From the NCBI GenBank assembly GCA_002269645.1, contig NIVC01001904.1, positions 1-48,149 of the forward strand: DNA of 48,149 bases, read 5' to 3'. This stretch comes from Macrostomum lignano. Its lineage: Eukaryota. The position numbers and the translations under genes were made by a program. Below, one piece after another: positions 1 to 21,983 of the stretch (positions are counted from its first letter, which is position 1; every line of letters begins with the position of its first letter). Under the pieces are notes generated by a model. The model saw nothing but the letters and a program-made list of their open reading frames with translations. It was not told the origin of the DNA and made no database searches.

Positions 1-3000
1 CAAGGCCCTGGCCGATGCTGGGAGAGCCTAAAGAGGACGCCGCTTTCACAAGGTGAACTTTGAATATCATATATCATAAATCATTTTTGATATTTCATAT
101 TTGAAAAAATACCTATTTTATCCAAGAACTTTAAGGGCACTTTGAAACCATCCGCGACACAATGTCCATCTTATTATTCTCCGCCAGGGAATATTTCAAA
201 GGCCGAAGTTCTGTACTTCAAGGGTGACTTTGAGAACCGCGCTGGTGTTCTACCACCGGCGGCCACAAGCTGCGCCCGGAGATGGAGGAGTTTCGGCTGG
301 GCATCCAGAAGGCCGAGGAGGCCATCAAATAACAGTGTCGGAGGTGGGTGTTGGCGGCAATTGCAATATCCTGACTGCTCTACTCAATAGTAAAGATAAA
401 ATCATTTTTAGTTATCGAATCGCTTCCCTGCCCTGCATTCCAGACCCGTCCGTCATCAAATTGAGATCCGACGGTGACCTGTCGTTTTTCTACGCAGCTG
501 AGGAGGTAAATGTGTATTCTTTAAACTATTGTAATATACTACTATCATTTGGCTTGCATTTTCAGTAGTATATATTTTTCGTAAACTAACAATTGAAGCC
601 CCGAACTTTCATCAACACGGATCAACCATCCACACTTTTGAATGAAGTTTATTCCTAATTATTTGCGCGTTAGAATATTTTTGTTAATATACTACTGCTA
701 CTAATGCGGAGTGAGTAGTAGCGACGCTTTGTTCTTTCTCTAAGCTTCTCCCCCGGGGAACAACACGTTTCTGCTTGAAGTTTTCAGAGGCAAAACAGGA
801 TGGAGGCGCGGGTCAGATGGGCCGAAGAAGTCACGCGGCACCCGTGAGCGATCAGGTCAGCTGGTTGTCCGGGTCTCAGCGCGCACAGCTTAAGACTCTG
901 AGACCGGGAGCCGCCTAGCAACTAAAATGTTGATAGAAAATTAGCCTCTTAATGCTGCGCTGAAGCTTAATATTTTGCCAAGAATTTGGCGCGGGCAAAG
1001 CTGAAGCAGCAGGACGCTGCAACTCAAAAATCCTGCCAAACTTTGCTGGAGGTCGGTGCTGGTTGCAAAATGGCTCGGCAAAGTTGGGAAGTCTTCAGTG
1101 GATTTTTCTAGACAGCTTTTGTCTATGGCGCAACCAAGGACTACTCAAGTAGAGGGACGCGAAACCTTCTTTCTAGGAAATTTTCCAGAAATATGCAGCG
1201 CCCTGCTGCTTCAGCTGTCTGTGTCATTTTGCTCACCTACAGTTCGCTTTTGGGTGCAGGACAAAATGCAATGCTTATATTACTATCAGTAGTATCAACT
1301 CCCATACTTATTTTAAATTAATTTTAATCTAATTAGTTCTTGGCCTACATCACTGTTTATATTCCGTGGTATTTTTACTCTAGACAGTAACAAAGGCATT
1401 CGACTCTCAAGGTGTTGTTGCTATGAAACGTCTATATTACTAATTGCTACTAACAGTCATAGTGTGCATGCCTACCCAGTGTGCAGGTTATTTTCATATT
1501 CAATGCATTTTTGGTGAATTTGCACTGTTGCAGACTGATGGCTCGTCTAATGAGGTAATTTGCTCATTGCACTCGGCCCACTCCAGCAAGGACGCTTGCA
1601 TATCTGCCAATTTTAATTTGCAAGCTTTGCAAAGCCTACAAAAGTAAATTATACCCGGCATATACTACTCAGTTAATTACCCCGTTAATTTTTATTCTTC
1701 AAAGCGGAGAAACTTAAGGAAGAGGGAGCAAAGTAGTCAGAGGCTACTTTATACACCTGTAGTCTCACCTATCAGCTCAATTAGACTCTCCTAAGTCAGT
1801 CTGCCTTCATCTCTAGGCACCTTCATCAAGATTAGTGCACGATGGGGTGTTCGGGTTTTCTTAACTTAACCCCAGGCCCGAAACCCGCCCCGAAACCCGA
1901 CCCAAAACTCGACCCGAAATCCGACCCCCGAAACCTGACCTAAAACCTGACCCGAAAAATGACTCGAAACCTGATCAGAAACCGGACCCGAAACCTGACC
2001 CGAAAAATGACCAGAAACCCGACCCGAAACCTGACCCGAAAAATGACCCGAAACCTGACCTGAAACCCGACCTGAATCCTGACCCAAAACCCAACCAGAA
2101 ATCCAACCCAAAACCTGACCCGAAACCCAACCCGAAACCTGACCCTAAGCCCAAACCAAAACCCAACCCGAAACCTGACCCGAAACCCGACCCGAATCCT
2201 GACCCAAAACCCAACCCAAAACCTGACCCAAAACCTGACCCGAAATCCAACCCGAAACCTGACCCAAAACCCAACCCGAAACCTGACCCAAAACCCAACC
2301 CGAAACCTGATCCAAAACCAACCCGAAATCCGACCCGAAACCTGACCCGAAACCCGACCCGAAACCTGACCCGAAACCCGACCCGAAACCTGACCCGAAA
2401 TCCAACCCGAAACCTGATCGAAACCCGACCCGAAACCTGACCCAAAACCCAACCCGAAACCTGACCCAAAACCCAACCCGAAACCTGACCCAAAACCCAA
2501 CCCGAAACCTGACCCAAAACCCAACTCAAAACCTGACCCAAAACCCAACCCGAAACCCGAACACCGCTAGTTACCACCGATTTCATATCTTCGACAAGAC
2601 CATTCAAGATTTTGCTTAATTCGAAGTTTTGCATCTTTGCTGAAGATTTGGATTTTTTGGCTTATTTGAGTATGAGTAAAATATCAATATAAATTTTATT
2701 GATCCCATTTTGCAGCTAACGGTAAGGCCACTTGGATGATTTAGAAGTGAAAGAAGCTGCCTATGTTACACCCTCGTGTGCTCGTTGACAACCGTTTACG
2801 TGCTTTTTGGCTGTTTAATTTCACGTGTAATTTCTAAAAAACTTGCTGAAAGCGTTGAAAATATTTGAATAGCCGGCTTGAGTTGCCGCTCTTGACGGAT
2901 TATTGATTTATAAGTGACGTGCGATTCCAAATGATTGATTCATCTCCTGCTTGATATCCCATGACGATTGCCTACCGTGTCTCAACCCGCTTTTGACAAT

Positions 3001-5605
3001 ATTTATGCTTTAATTTAACAAACTCTAAAGTTTTAATGTATCTATTGATACATAATCGTAATATACACTCGTATTTGTTCAAGGCATCAAGGCAGGCCTG
3101 CAATGTTCAGAATGTCATGTTGTGCACCATTGTGATTGGCTCTGTGTTTTGGTAACCTGGGAGTTTGGACAGTTTTCACACCCAAGGGACAGGAAGTGTA
3201 CATGCATTGTACACCCTGCGTGAGCGTGTACGGGTGCGTGCCTGCGTACAGCCCTGGTGCGCTTGTGTGTGCTCTGCAGAATTGGCAGAATCGCTTCAAT
3301 GCTGTCTGCCGTACGATGTCGCCGGAGTCAACAGATTTTACCTGTACTTTAAAGTGCATGTTGACCTGCATGGGACAGTCGAAATCTGTTTAAATTGGAA
3401 TCTCTTCAATCCGAAGCAAACAATTTCTGCTTGCAGAAGAAGAAGCCGGCCGCCCGGTCCAGCTACCAGAAGCCCAAGAAGGAGGACAGCGGGCCGAAGC
3501 GAGCTCAGCGCAACAAGGCGCCAGCGGACTCCAAGACCATCAAGAAGATGCTCGGAGACCTGTATGCCGATCGCGAGTACCTCGAGAAGCTGCTGCGCGA
3601 GGAGTCGGCTAAGGCTCGAAAAACTGAGCACAGCGAGAAGATCCAGGACCTGTGCATCGAGGGCCTGAACTACCTGGACAGCCGCTCGGAGTTCTGGCAG
3701 CAGCAGAAGCCGCTGTACAGCCGCAAAAAGTCGGCGATGCGAGAGGCCGCCGAGAAGGACAAAAGCAGCGCCGCCAAGTACGTCATTGCCACATTGGAGG
3801 AGATCGACAACAAGCAGGTGGGCACGCGATCTTGTTGCTTGAAAGTTCCATTTCAGCAGGTGTTTGTAACTTCGCACATATATTTTCATCGAGCGTATTT
3901 GTAAACAAAACAGTTTGTAGCCAAAATTTTAGAAACTTTACTCGTTCAGTCTGCAGTCTTTGTAGATGTAGCTGCAGTTTTATAGCAGGAGTCTTTGTAG
4001 CTGTAGTCTTTGTAGCTGTAGTAGTCTTTGTAGCTGTTGTAGTCTTTGTAGCTGTAGTCTTTGTAGCTGTAGTCTTTGTAGCTGTAGTAGTCTTTGTAGC
4101 TGTAGTAGTCTTTGGAGCTGTAGTCTTTGTAGCTGTAGTAGTCTTTGTAGCTGTAGTAGTCTTTATAGCTGTAGTCTTTGTAGCTGTAGTAGTATTTGTA
4201 GCTGTAGTAGTCTTTGTAGCTGCAGTCTGTAGCTACAGTCTTTGTAGCTGTAGTAGTCTTTTTATTATCACCCTTTCCGCTTCACTTTGTAGTTTCACTC
4301 TGACTCTAATCCTAACCCCCCGCAGACCGCAGGCGAGCACGAGGCGGCCATCAAGCAGGCCACCCGCCTGCTGCGCACGGTGGAAAAGTGGAGCCCGGAG
4401 GACCTGCAGAATCGCGAAGAGATCCGCGCCAACCTGCACTCGCTGATTGGAAACTCGCAGTTCGAGCTGGAGCGATACGACCAGGCCCTGGCCAGCCACC
4501 AGGCCGACCAGAAGATCGGCGAGGAGCACGAACTCGAGGAGTCGCAGGCCCGCTCCAGGGACAACATCGGACGGGTGCTGGCCAAGCAGGGCAACTTCAG
4601 CGAGGCCATCCAGGTGTGGGAGCAGCGGCTCGAGAGCTCCAAGAGCCTCAGCCCAATGGAGTCCACCTGGCTGCACCACGAGATCAGCCGCTGCTACCTG
4701 GAGCTCAAGGAATTCAACAAGGCCAAGGAGCTGGCGGAGAAGGCGCTGAGCTACGCCAACCAGATGGGCGACAACCAGTGGCTGCTGAACACCAACGTCC
4801 TGGTGCGTTGTGGGGGGATGTACTTTTATATTTAGACCTAATTCCAGTGTTGCAGCATACTATTACTACTACTACTACATCTATTTTCAGGTGGCCCAGT
4901 GCGAGGTCCGTCTGAAGAACTATGCCAGCGCGGCGGGCAACTTCGACAGCGCGCTAGAGCACGCGCGCATCGTTGACAACGCTCTGGCCATTGACGCCAT
5001 AAACCGGGCCATCCAGGACGTCAACCAAAAGTTGGTGGAGGAGGAGAAGCGCCTGGAGGAAGAGAGGCAGGCCGGCGAGCAGGGCGAGGGTGACGGTAAG
5101 AGTCAAATTATTGAAGGGAACCCGTTGAATGACTTGGCATCTCAGCATTCCACTGAAGCCAATTGGCATCTCAACATTCCACTGAAGCCAATTGGCATCT
5201 CAGCATTCCACTGAAGCCAATTGGCATCTCAACATTCCACTGAAGCCAATTGGCATCTCGGCATTGCACTGAAACCAATTGGCATCTCGGCATTCCACTG
5301 AAGCCAATTGGCATCTCAGCATTCCACTGAAGCCAATTGGCATCTCAACATTCCACTGAAGCCAATCGGCATCTCAGCATTCCACTGAAGCCAATCGGCA
5401 TCTTGGCATTCCAAAAACAGTTTTGAATTCGCATATTCGCACACATTCGAGAGAGTCTAAGAAACTGTTTTTATTTGCAGCCAAGCCGGACGAGGCCGCT
5501 GGAGGTGAAGAGCAGCAGCAGCAGCAACAGCAACAGCAAGAGCAACAAGAGCCAGTGCAGCAGCAGCAGCAACAAGAGCCAGTGCAGCAGCAGCAACAGG
5601 AGTGA
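1..5605 (+). CDS. TTC25: Tetratricopeptide repeat protein 25 / outer dynein arm docking complex subunit 4, 5'-partial. Exons approx 1-52, 188-343, 444-505, 790-855 (tentative), 3437-3817, 4326-4802, 4891-5095, 5481-5605
   Basis: Exon peptides match recalled ODAD4 motifs: [101 protein letters not shown], followed by TPR helices. GT-AG sites are phase-compatible from 444 onward. The first two exons need about 7 single-base indel corrections. Ends in a polyQ tail. Confidence 0.9.
1875..2560. repeat. About 12-bp minisatellite (AAACCTGACCCG / AAACCCAACCCG) in a TTC25 intron
   Basis: Visible tandem array; it explains the overlapping GSGF / QVSG / RVRF ORFs. Confidence 0.95.
3960..4260. repeat. 15/18-bp minisatellite GTCTTTGTAGCTGTA(GTA) in a TTC25 intron
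   Basis: Visible tandem array between exons 3817 and 4326. Confidence 0.95.
5135..5412. repeat. 29-bp minisatellite CAGCATTCCACTGAAGCCAATTGGCATCT, about 9 copies, in the last TTC25 intron
   Basis: Visible tandem array; each unit contains the palindrome GCCAATTGGC. Confidence 0.95.
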
Positions 5606-6592
5606 CCTGCACCCTGCACGGCAACCATTTTGAATACTTCTTGACAGAAAAATCCGCTCAGATAAAAAGTGCCTGGATTTATCGAGCACCAGATTTATGA
5701 CCAGTTAATCCCTACCTGTACCGCATCAGTTTGCTTATATTATTTTTATTGAAGGCTAAATACACTGCGTCCCAGTTCTGGTTGAAACTGCATGGCTCGC
5801 AGCAACAACTCTTTATTTGTTATTTGTCGAGACCAAAAGCCATGCATCAATATACAATGCACGCAACCGCTACTGTGCATAGTAGTATGTACGCTGTTCC
5901 ATAGTCCACTGAATGGTCAGTTCACATGCACTCTACCCAAGCCCTCCGCCCATTAGCGAGGGAGACACGGAGCTGGACGCCATGTACACAATTAATTTAT
6001 CGGATTGCTACACATTATCAACGCTATGCTGTACAGAGCGCAAGGATGTACATGTATTTGATTTTAGTAAATTCAAACAAATATTGTTTCTGATTTCAAT
6101 GGCTTCAATCAGCATGAGTTTGAGGGACATTAATGGAATGTATGGAGTTTATGCAAGTAAGGTGCACACAAATATACTTGCTGGGTTAAGTACGCAAGCC
6201 AGGAGAATTACAGCTTAGGAGCGGCAGGTGAAGAGCTTCACTAGAACTGAGTGGCAGTCAATGAATTCATAAAAAATATGCATAAATAAATGAGGAATAA
6301 AACAATCACAAAAGTACACTAGGGGTATTCGAACAGGAAAATTGGAATGTAGCACGAGATTAGTCAATTAGAATAAATACCAGAGAGTATTAATAAATTA
6401 CCGCAAGGTAAGATAATAATTAAAATCACAACAGACCTTGATCTAAATCCATATAAAATTTTCTATATAAAAATCAAGTTGAAAACGAATAATTCCGATT
6501 TAAAAACGACCCTGACAGAAAATACAAGACTTTAGCTGCTAAAACTGAACGTTTATAGATTTTGGTGGCTCTGGAGGAGTAGTAAGAGTAAA

Positions 6593-7422
6593 TTGGAGTG
6601 GGGAGGGGTTGGGGTCAGAGAGTGTAAATTGGAGTGGGGAGGGGTTGGGGTCAGAGTGTACATTAAAGTGGGGAGGGGTTGGGGTCAGAGAGTGTACATT
6701 GGAGTGGGGAGGGGTTGGGGTCAGAGAGTGTACATTGGAATAGGGAGGGGTTGGGGTCAGAGAGTGTACATTGGAGTGGGGAGGGGTTGGGGTCAGAGTG
6801 TACATTAAAGTGGGGAGGGGTTGGGGTCAGAGAGTGTACATTGGAGTGGGGAGGGGTTGGGGTCAGAGAGTGTACATTGGAGTGGGGAGGGGTTGGGGTC
6901 AGAGAGTGTACATTGGAGTGGGGAGGGGTTGGGGTCAGAGAGTGTACATTGGAGTGGGGAGGGGTTGGGGTCAGAGAGTGTACATTGGAGTGAGGAGGGG
7001 TTGGGGTCAGAGAGTGTACATTGGAGTGGGGAGGGGTTGGGGTCAGAGAGTGTACATTGGAGTGGGGAGGGGTTGGGGTCAGAGAGTGTACATTGGAGTG
7101 GGGAGGGGTTGGGGTCAGAGAGTGTACATTGGAGTGGGGAGGGGTTGGGGTCAGAGAGTGTACATTGGAGTGGGGAGGGGTTGGGGTCAGAGAGTGTACA
7201 TTTGAGTGGGGAGGGGTTGGGGTCAGAGAGTGTACATTGGAGTGGGGAGGGGTTGGGGTCAGAGAGTGTACATTGGAGTGGGGAGGGGTTGGGGTCAGAG
7301 AGTGTACATTGGAGTGGGGAGGGGTTGGGGTCAGAGAGTGTACATTGGAGTGGGGAGGGGTTGGGGTCAGAGTGTACATTAAAGTGGGGAGGGGTTGGGG
7401 TCAGAGAGTGTACATTGGAGTG
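6593..7422. repeat. 36-bp G-rich minisatellite GGAGTGGGGAGGGGTTGGGGTCAGAGAGTGTACATT, about 23 copies
   Basis: Near-perfect tandem array; the 12-aa periodic ORFs (PTPPHSNVHSLT) confirm the 36-bp unit. Confidence 0.95.
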
Positions 7423-8039
7423 GAGTCGTTGGGGTCATTGGAGTGGAAAATCAACATGCTTAACTGGTGCGCAACAAGCAAAACAAAGGTGGCATCAAAC
7501 TCAAGGCATAAAGTGCATGAATATGATAAAATATTCTGCTAAAAGTACAACTAGTAGACAAATAAAATTCAAACAAATAACTTCGGCATTTCGTCATCTG
7601 AAAATGATCTCAAAATTTTTTTGTAAGAATTATCCCTTGACAAAAATAGGTAAGAGCAGGAGAGGTGGATCACAGCCTGCAGTAAGCTGCAGTTACAGCA
7701 CTAGCACAGCCTAGTTAAGGTATAAAAACATAATCTACTGGGTACACAAAGATAGAAACAAAACACTTTTTTGACGATACGCTAAATATGTGAATCAGGA
7801 AATGGTATCTACAAATAAAACATGAGCAAGCAGTCAGACGGGGGGTGAGAGAGCAGGCGAGAGAAATCAGAATTTTCTACACAGATTCGGGCATCTATAA
7901 AATTTTTGCTGAACAGCTAAGAACAGGAAAAACAGCGAAGCAAAACTACAAAACTGGTAAAAATGGAACAGAAATACAACACGTTTGTGCAACTGGCGAT
8001 TCTCGCATGAGTGAGAGTCAGGGTGAGTGCTACTGTTGA

Positions 8040-9056
8040 GAAGTAGGGAGGGAAGCAGGGAGAGAGAGGAGCAGGGAGAGAGAGGAGCAGGGAGAGAGAG
8101 AAGCAGGGAGAGAGAAGCAGGGGGAGAGGAGCAGGGAGAGAGAGAAGAAGGGAGAAAGAGAAGAAGGGAGAGAGAAGCAGGGAGAGAGAGAAACAGGGAG
8201 AGAGAGAGAGAAACAGGGAGAGGGAGAGAAGCAGGGAGAGAGAGAGAAGCAGGGAGAGAGAGAGAGAAACAGGGAGAGGGAGAGAAGCAGGGAGAGAGAG
8301 AGAGAAGCAGGGAGAGAGAGAAACAGGGAGAGAGAAGAAGGGAGAGAGAGAAGCAGGGAGAGAGAGAAGCAGGGAGAGAGAAGCAGGGGAGAGAGGAGAG
8401 GGAGAGAGAGAAGAAGGGAGAAAGAGAAGAAGGGAGAGAGAAGCAGGGAGAGAGAGAAACAGGGAGAGAGAGAGAGAAACAGGGAGAGGGAGAGAAGCAG
8501 GGAGAGAGAGAAGCAGGGAGAGAGAAGCAGGGGGAGAGGAGCAGGGAGAGAGAGAAGCAGGGAGAGAGAAGCAGGGGAGAGAGGAGAGGGAGAGAGAGAA
8601 ACAGGGAGAGAGAGAAGCAGGGAGAGAGAAGCAGGGGAGAGAGGAGAGGGAGAGAGAGAAGAAGGGAGAGAGAGAAGAAGGGAGAGAGAGAAACAGGGAG
8701 AGGGAGAAACAGGGAGAGAGAGAGAGAGAAACAGGGAGAGGGAGAGAAGCAGGGAGAGAGAGAGAAGCAGGGAGAGAGAGAGAGAAGCAGGGAGAGAGAG
8801 AAACAGGGAGAGAGAGAAACAGGGAGAGAGAGAGAGAGAGAAACAGGGAGAGGGAGAGAAGCAGGGAGAGAGAGAGAGAAGCAGGGAGAGAGAGAGAGAA
8901 GCAGGGAGAGAGAGAAGCAGGGAGAGAGACAAACAGGGAGAGAGAAACAGGGAGAGGAGCAGGGAGAGAGAAGCAGGGTGAGAGAGAAGCAGGGAGAGAG
9001 AGAAGCAGGGAGAGAGAGAAGCAGGGAGAGAGAGAAGCAGGGAGAGAGAGAAGCAG
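8040..9056. repeat. About 1-kb purine-rich (GA)n / GAGAGAAGCAGG simple repeat immediately 3' of the kinase gene
   Basis: Almost exclusively G/A on the + strand; produces low-complexity ORFs. Confidence 0.95.
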
Positions 9057-9117
9057 TATACCATGCAGGGTCTGTAGGATGCGCGAGTTCCTCGCCCAAG
9101 CACTGAGCAGGCAGGCA

Positions 9118-18994
<9,877 letters not shown>

Positions 18995-19689
18995 GTTTCT
19001 GTTAGCAGCTGACTATGAAATGCAAATCATGGGCCAAAAATGCCACAGCAGATTAGAGATGTTCTTGAATTGTTCTTAAAATCTGTAAGGCCAGCATAAA
19101 TACAAAAATCGAATTTAATTATTGCCAACTGATGTTTCTAGATATTGCCTAGATAAATAAAATGGTAAATTGAGTATAAGAAGCGTATTTTTACCAAGCC
19201 ATATTATTAATATTAACATCCAAGCAAAGACTAATTAAAATAGCCAAGTATATTCGGGCTTCTTGAACTTTAGGTAGATAAAATAGTTGCAGTTTTGATC
19301 GGATCATAATTTTGTCTCTATAGTGGTTCTTGATGGTGCTGATTTCAAATTTGAGCTTCATTTTTTGTAGCATAATGCCAACTACTGGGGCATGGGGAAT
19401 GGGGGGTTTTAGAGTAGGGAGAATCTTTATGGGGAATGATTTTATGTCCCTAAACTTCAATAGAGGCGTCATACATGCGCAACAGTCGGCCGAGTCGGCC
19501 GATCCGGCCGACCGATTTGGCGGCCAACCAAGTAAGTCGCAAAATTGATTAACCGCCAAAAAAAAACGAAAAAACAAAAGACGAAAAAGGGGAAAGGAAA
19601 AGGAAAAAATGAGAAAAAGGGAGCAAAGAGAAAGAGAAAAACACAAAAAGAGTTGTAAGTGCTGTAAGTTGCAGCACTGAAGACAAGGT

Positions 19690-21780
19690 AAGTCGCACCG
19701 AGGGCAAGCTAAGTCGCACGAGGGCAAGCTAAGTCGCAGCAGGACCGAGCTAAGTCGCATCGAGGGCGAACTAAGTCGCACCGAGCGAGAGCTAAGTCGC
19801 ACCGAGGGCGAGCTAAGTCGCACGGAGGGCAAAATAAGTCGCACCGAGCGAGAGCTAAGTCGCACTAAGTCGCAGCAGGACCGAGCTAAGTCGCACCGAG
19901 GGCGAGCTAAGTCGCAGCAGGACCGAGCTAAGTCGCACCGAGGGCGAACTAAGTCGCACCGAGCGAGAGCTAAGTCGCACTAAGTCGCAGCAGGACCAAG
20001 CTAAGTCGCACCGAGGGCGAGCTAAGTTGCAGCAGGACCGAGCTAAGTCGCACCGAGGGCGAACTAAGTCGCACCGAGCGAGAGCTAAGTCGCACTGAGG
20101 GCGAGCTAAGTCGCAGCAGGACCGAGCTAAGTCGCACCGAGGGCGAACTAAGTCGCACCGAGCGAGAGCTAAGTCGCACTAAGTCGCAGCAGGACCAAGC
20201 TAAGTCGCACCGAGGGCGAGCTAAGTTGCAGCAGGACCGAGCTAAGTTGCACCGAGGGCGAACTAAGTCGCACCGAGCGAGAGCTAAGTCGCACTGAGGG
20301 CGAGCTATGTCGCAGCAGGACCGAGCTAAGTCGCACTAAGGGCGAGCTAAGTCGCACCGAGGGCAAAATAAGTCGCACCGAGCGAGAGCTAAGTCGCACT
20401 AAGTCGCAGCAGGACCGAGCTAAGTCGCACCGAGGGCGAGCTAAGTTGCAGCAGGACCGAGCTAAGTCGCACCGAGGGCGAACTAAGTCGCACCGAGCGA
20501 GAGCTAAGTCGCACTGAGGGCGAGCTAAGTCGCAGCAGGACCGAGCTAAGTCGCACTAAGGGCGAGCTAAGTCGCACCGAGGGCAAAATAAGTCGCACCG
20601 AGCGAGAGCTAAGTCGCACTAAGTCGCAGCAGGACCGAGCTAAGTCGCACCGAGGGCGAGCTAAGTCGCAGCAGGACCGAGCTAAGTCGCACCGAGGGCG
20701 AACTAAGTCGCACCGAGCGAGAGCTAAGTCGCACTAAGTCGCAGCAGGACCGAGCTAAGTCGCACTAAGTCGCAGCAGGACCGAGCTAAGTCGCACCGAG
20801 GGCGAGCTAAGTCGCACCGAGCGAGAGCTAAGTCGCACCGAGGGCGAGCTAAGTCGCAGCAGGACCGAGCTAAGTCGCATCGAGGGCGAACTAAGTCGCA
20901 CCGAGCGAGAGCTAAGTCGCACTGAGGGCGAGCTATGTCGCAGCAGGACCGAGCTAAGTCGCACTAAGGGCGAGCTAAGTCGCACCGAGGGCAAAATAAG
21001 TCGCACCGAGCGAGAGCTAAGTCGCACTAAGTCGCAGCAGGACCGAGCTAAGTCGCACTAAGGGCGAGCTAAGTCGCACCGAGGGCGAGCTAAGTCGCAC
21101 CGAGCGAGAGCTAAGTCGCACTAAGTCGCAGCAGGACCGAGCTAAGTCGCACCGAGGGCGAGCTAAGTTGCAGCAGGACCGAGCTAAGTCGCACCGAGGG
21201 CGAACTAAGTCGCACCGAGCGAGAGCTAAGTCGCACTGAGGGCGAGCTAAGTCGCAGCAGGACCGAGCTAAGTCGCACTAAGGGCGAGCTAAGTCGCACC
21301 GAGGGCAAAATAAGTCGCACCGAGCGAGAGCTAAGTCGCACTAAGTCGCAGCAGGACCGAGCTAAGTCGCACCGAGGGCGAGCTAAGTCGCACCGAGCGA
21401 GAGCTAAGTCGCACCGAGGGCGAGCTAAGTCGCAGCAGGACCGAGCTAAGTCGCATCGAGGGCGAACTAAGTCGCACCGAGCGAGAGCTAAGTCGCACTG
21501 AGGGCGAGCTATGTCGCAGCAGGACCGAGCTAAGTCGCACTAAGGGCGAGCTAAGTCGCACCGAGGGCAAAATAAGTCGCACCGAGCGAGAGCTAAGTCG
21601 CACTAAGTCGCAGCAGGACCGAGCTAAGTCGCACCGAGGGCGAGCTAAGTCGCACCGAGGGCGAGCTAAGTCGCACCGAGCGAGAGCTAAGTCGCACTGA
21701 GGGCGAGCTAAGTCGCAGCAGGACCGAGTAAGTCGCAGCAGGGCCGAGGTAAGTCGCAGCAGGACTGAGTTAAGTCGCAG
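19690..21780. repeat. About 21-bp satellite (CTAAGTCGCACCGAGGGCGAG and variants, about 100 units) with 220-bp and 576-bp higher-order periods, inside the hAT element
   Basis: Invariant core TAAGTCGCA; near-identical minus-strand ORFs recur at 20179/20399/20619, and identical ones at 21027/21603. Confidence 0.95.
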
Positions 21781-21983
21781 AGCATCTTTAGGATTATTAG
21801 GATAGGATTAGTTTAGGATGAATTTAATGTATCACTTACTAGGGTGTAGGCTACGTGTGCATTAACGCATCAATTTGAAAAATTAAGAATTACGAAGCCA
21901 GAAATGGCTAAGGAATAGAAATAGGGATAGAATAACTTATAAGCAGTAATTTTTCAGCCCTATTACAATTGCAAATCATACTT

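Noticed and set aside
925-945. CCTAGCAAC RFX half-site in a ciliary gene intron (about 915-923)
   Set aside because: A single half-site, not at the promoter; expected by chance.
1866-2634. Long Gly/Phe- and Arg/Val-rich ORFs
   Set aside because: All-frame translations of a 12-bp tandem repeat inside an intron.
5995-6135. Minus-strand peptide LKLMLIEAIEIRNNICLN resembling a Penelope GIY-YIG C-terminus
   Set aside because: Too short, with no upstream GIY/YIG or RT motifs; may be chance.
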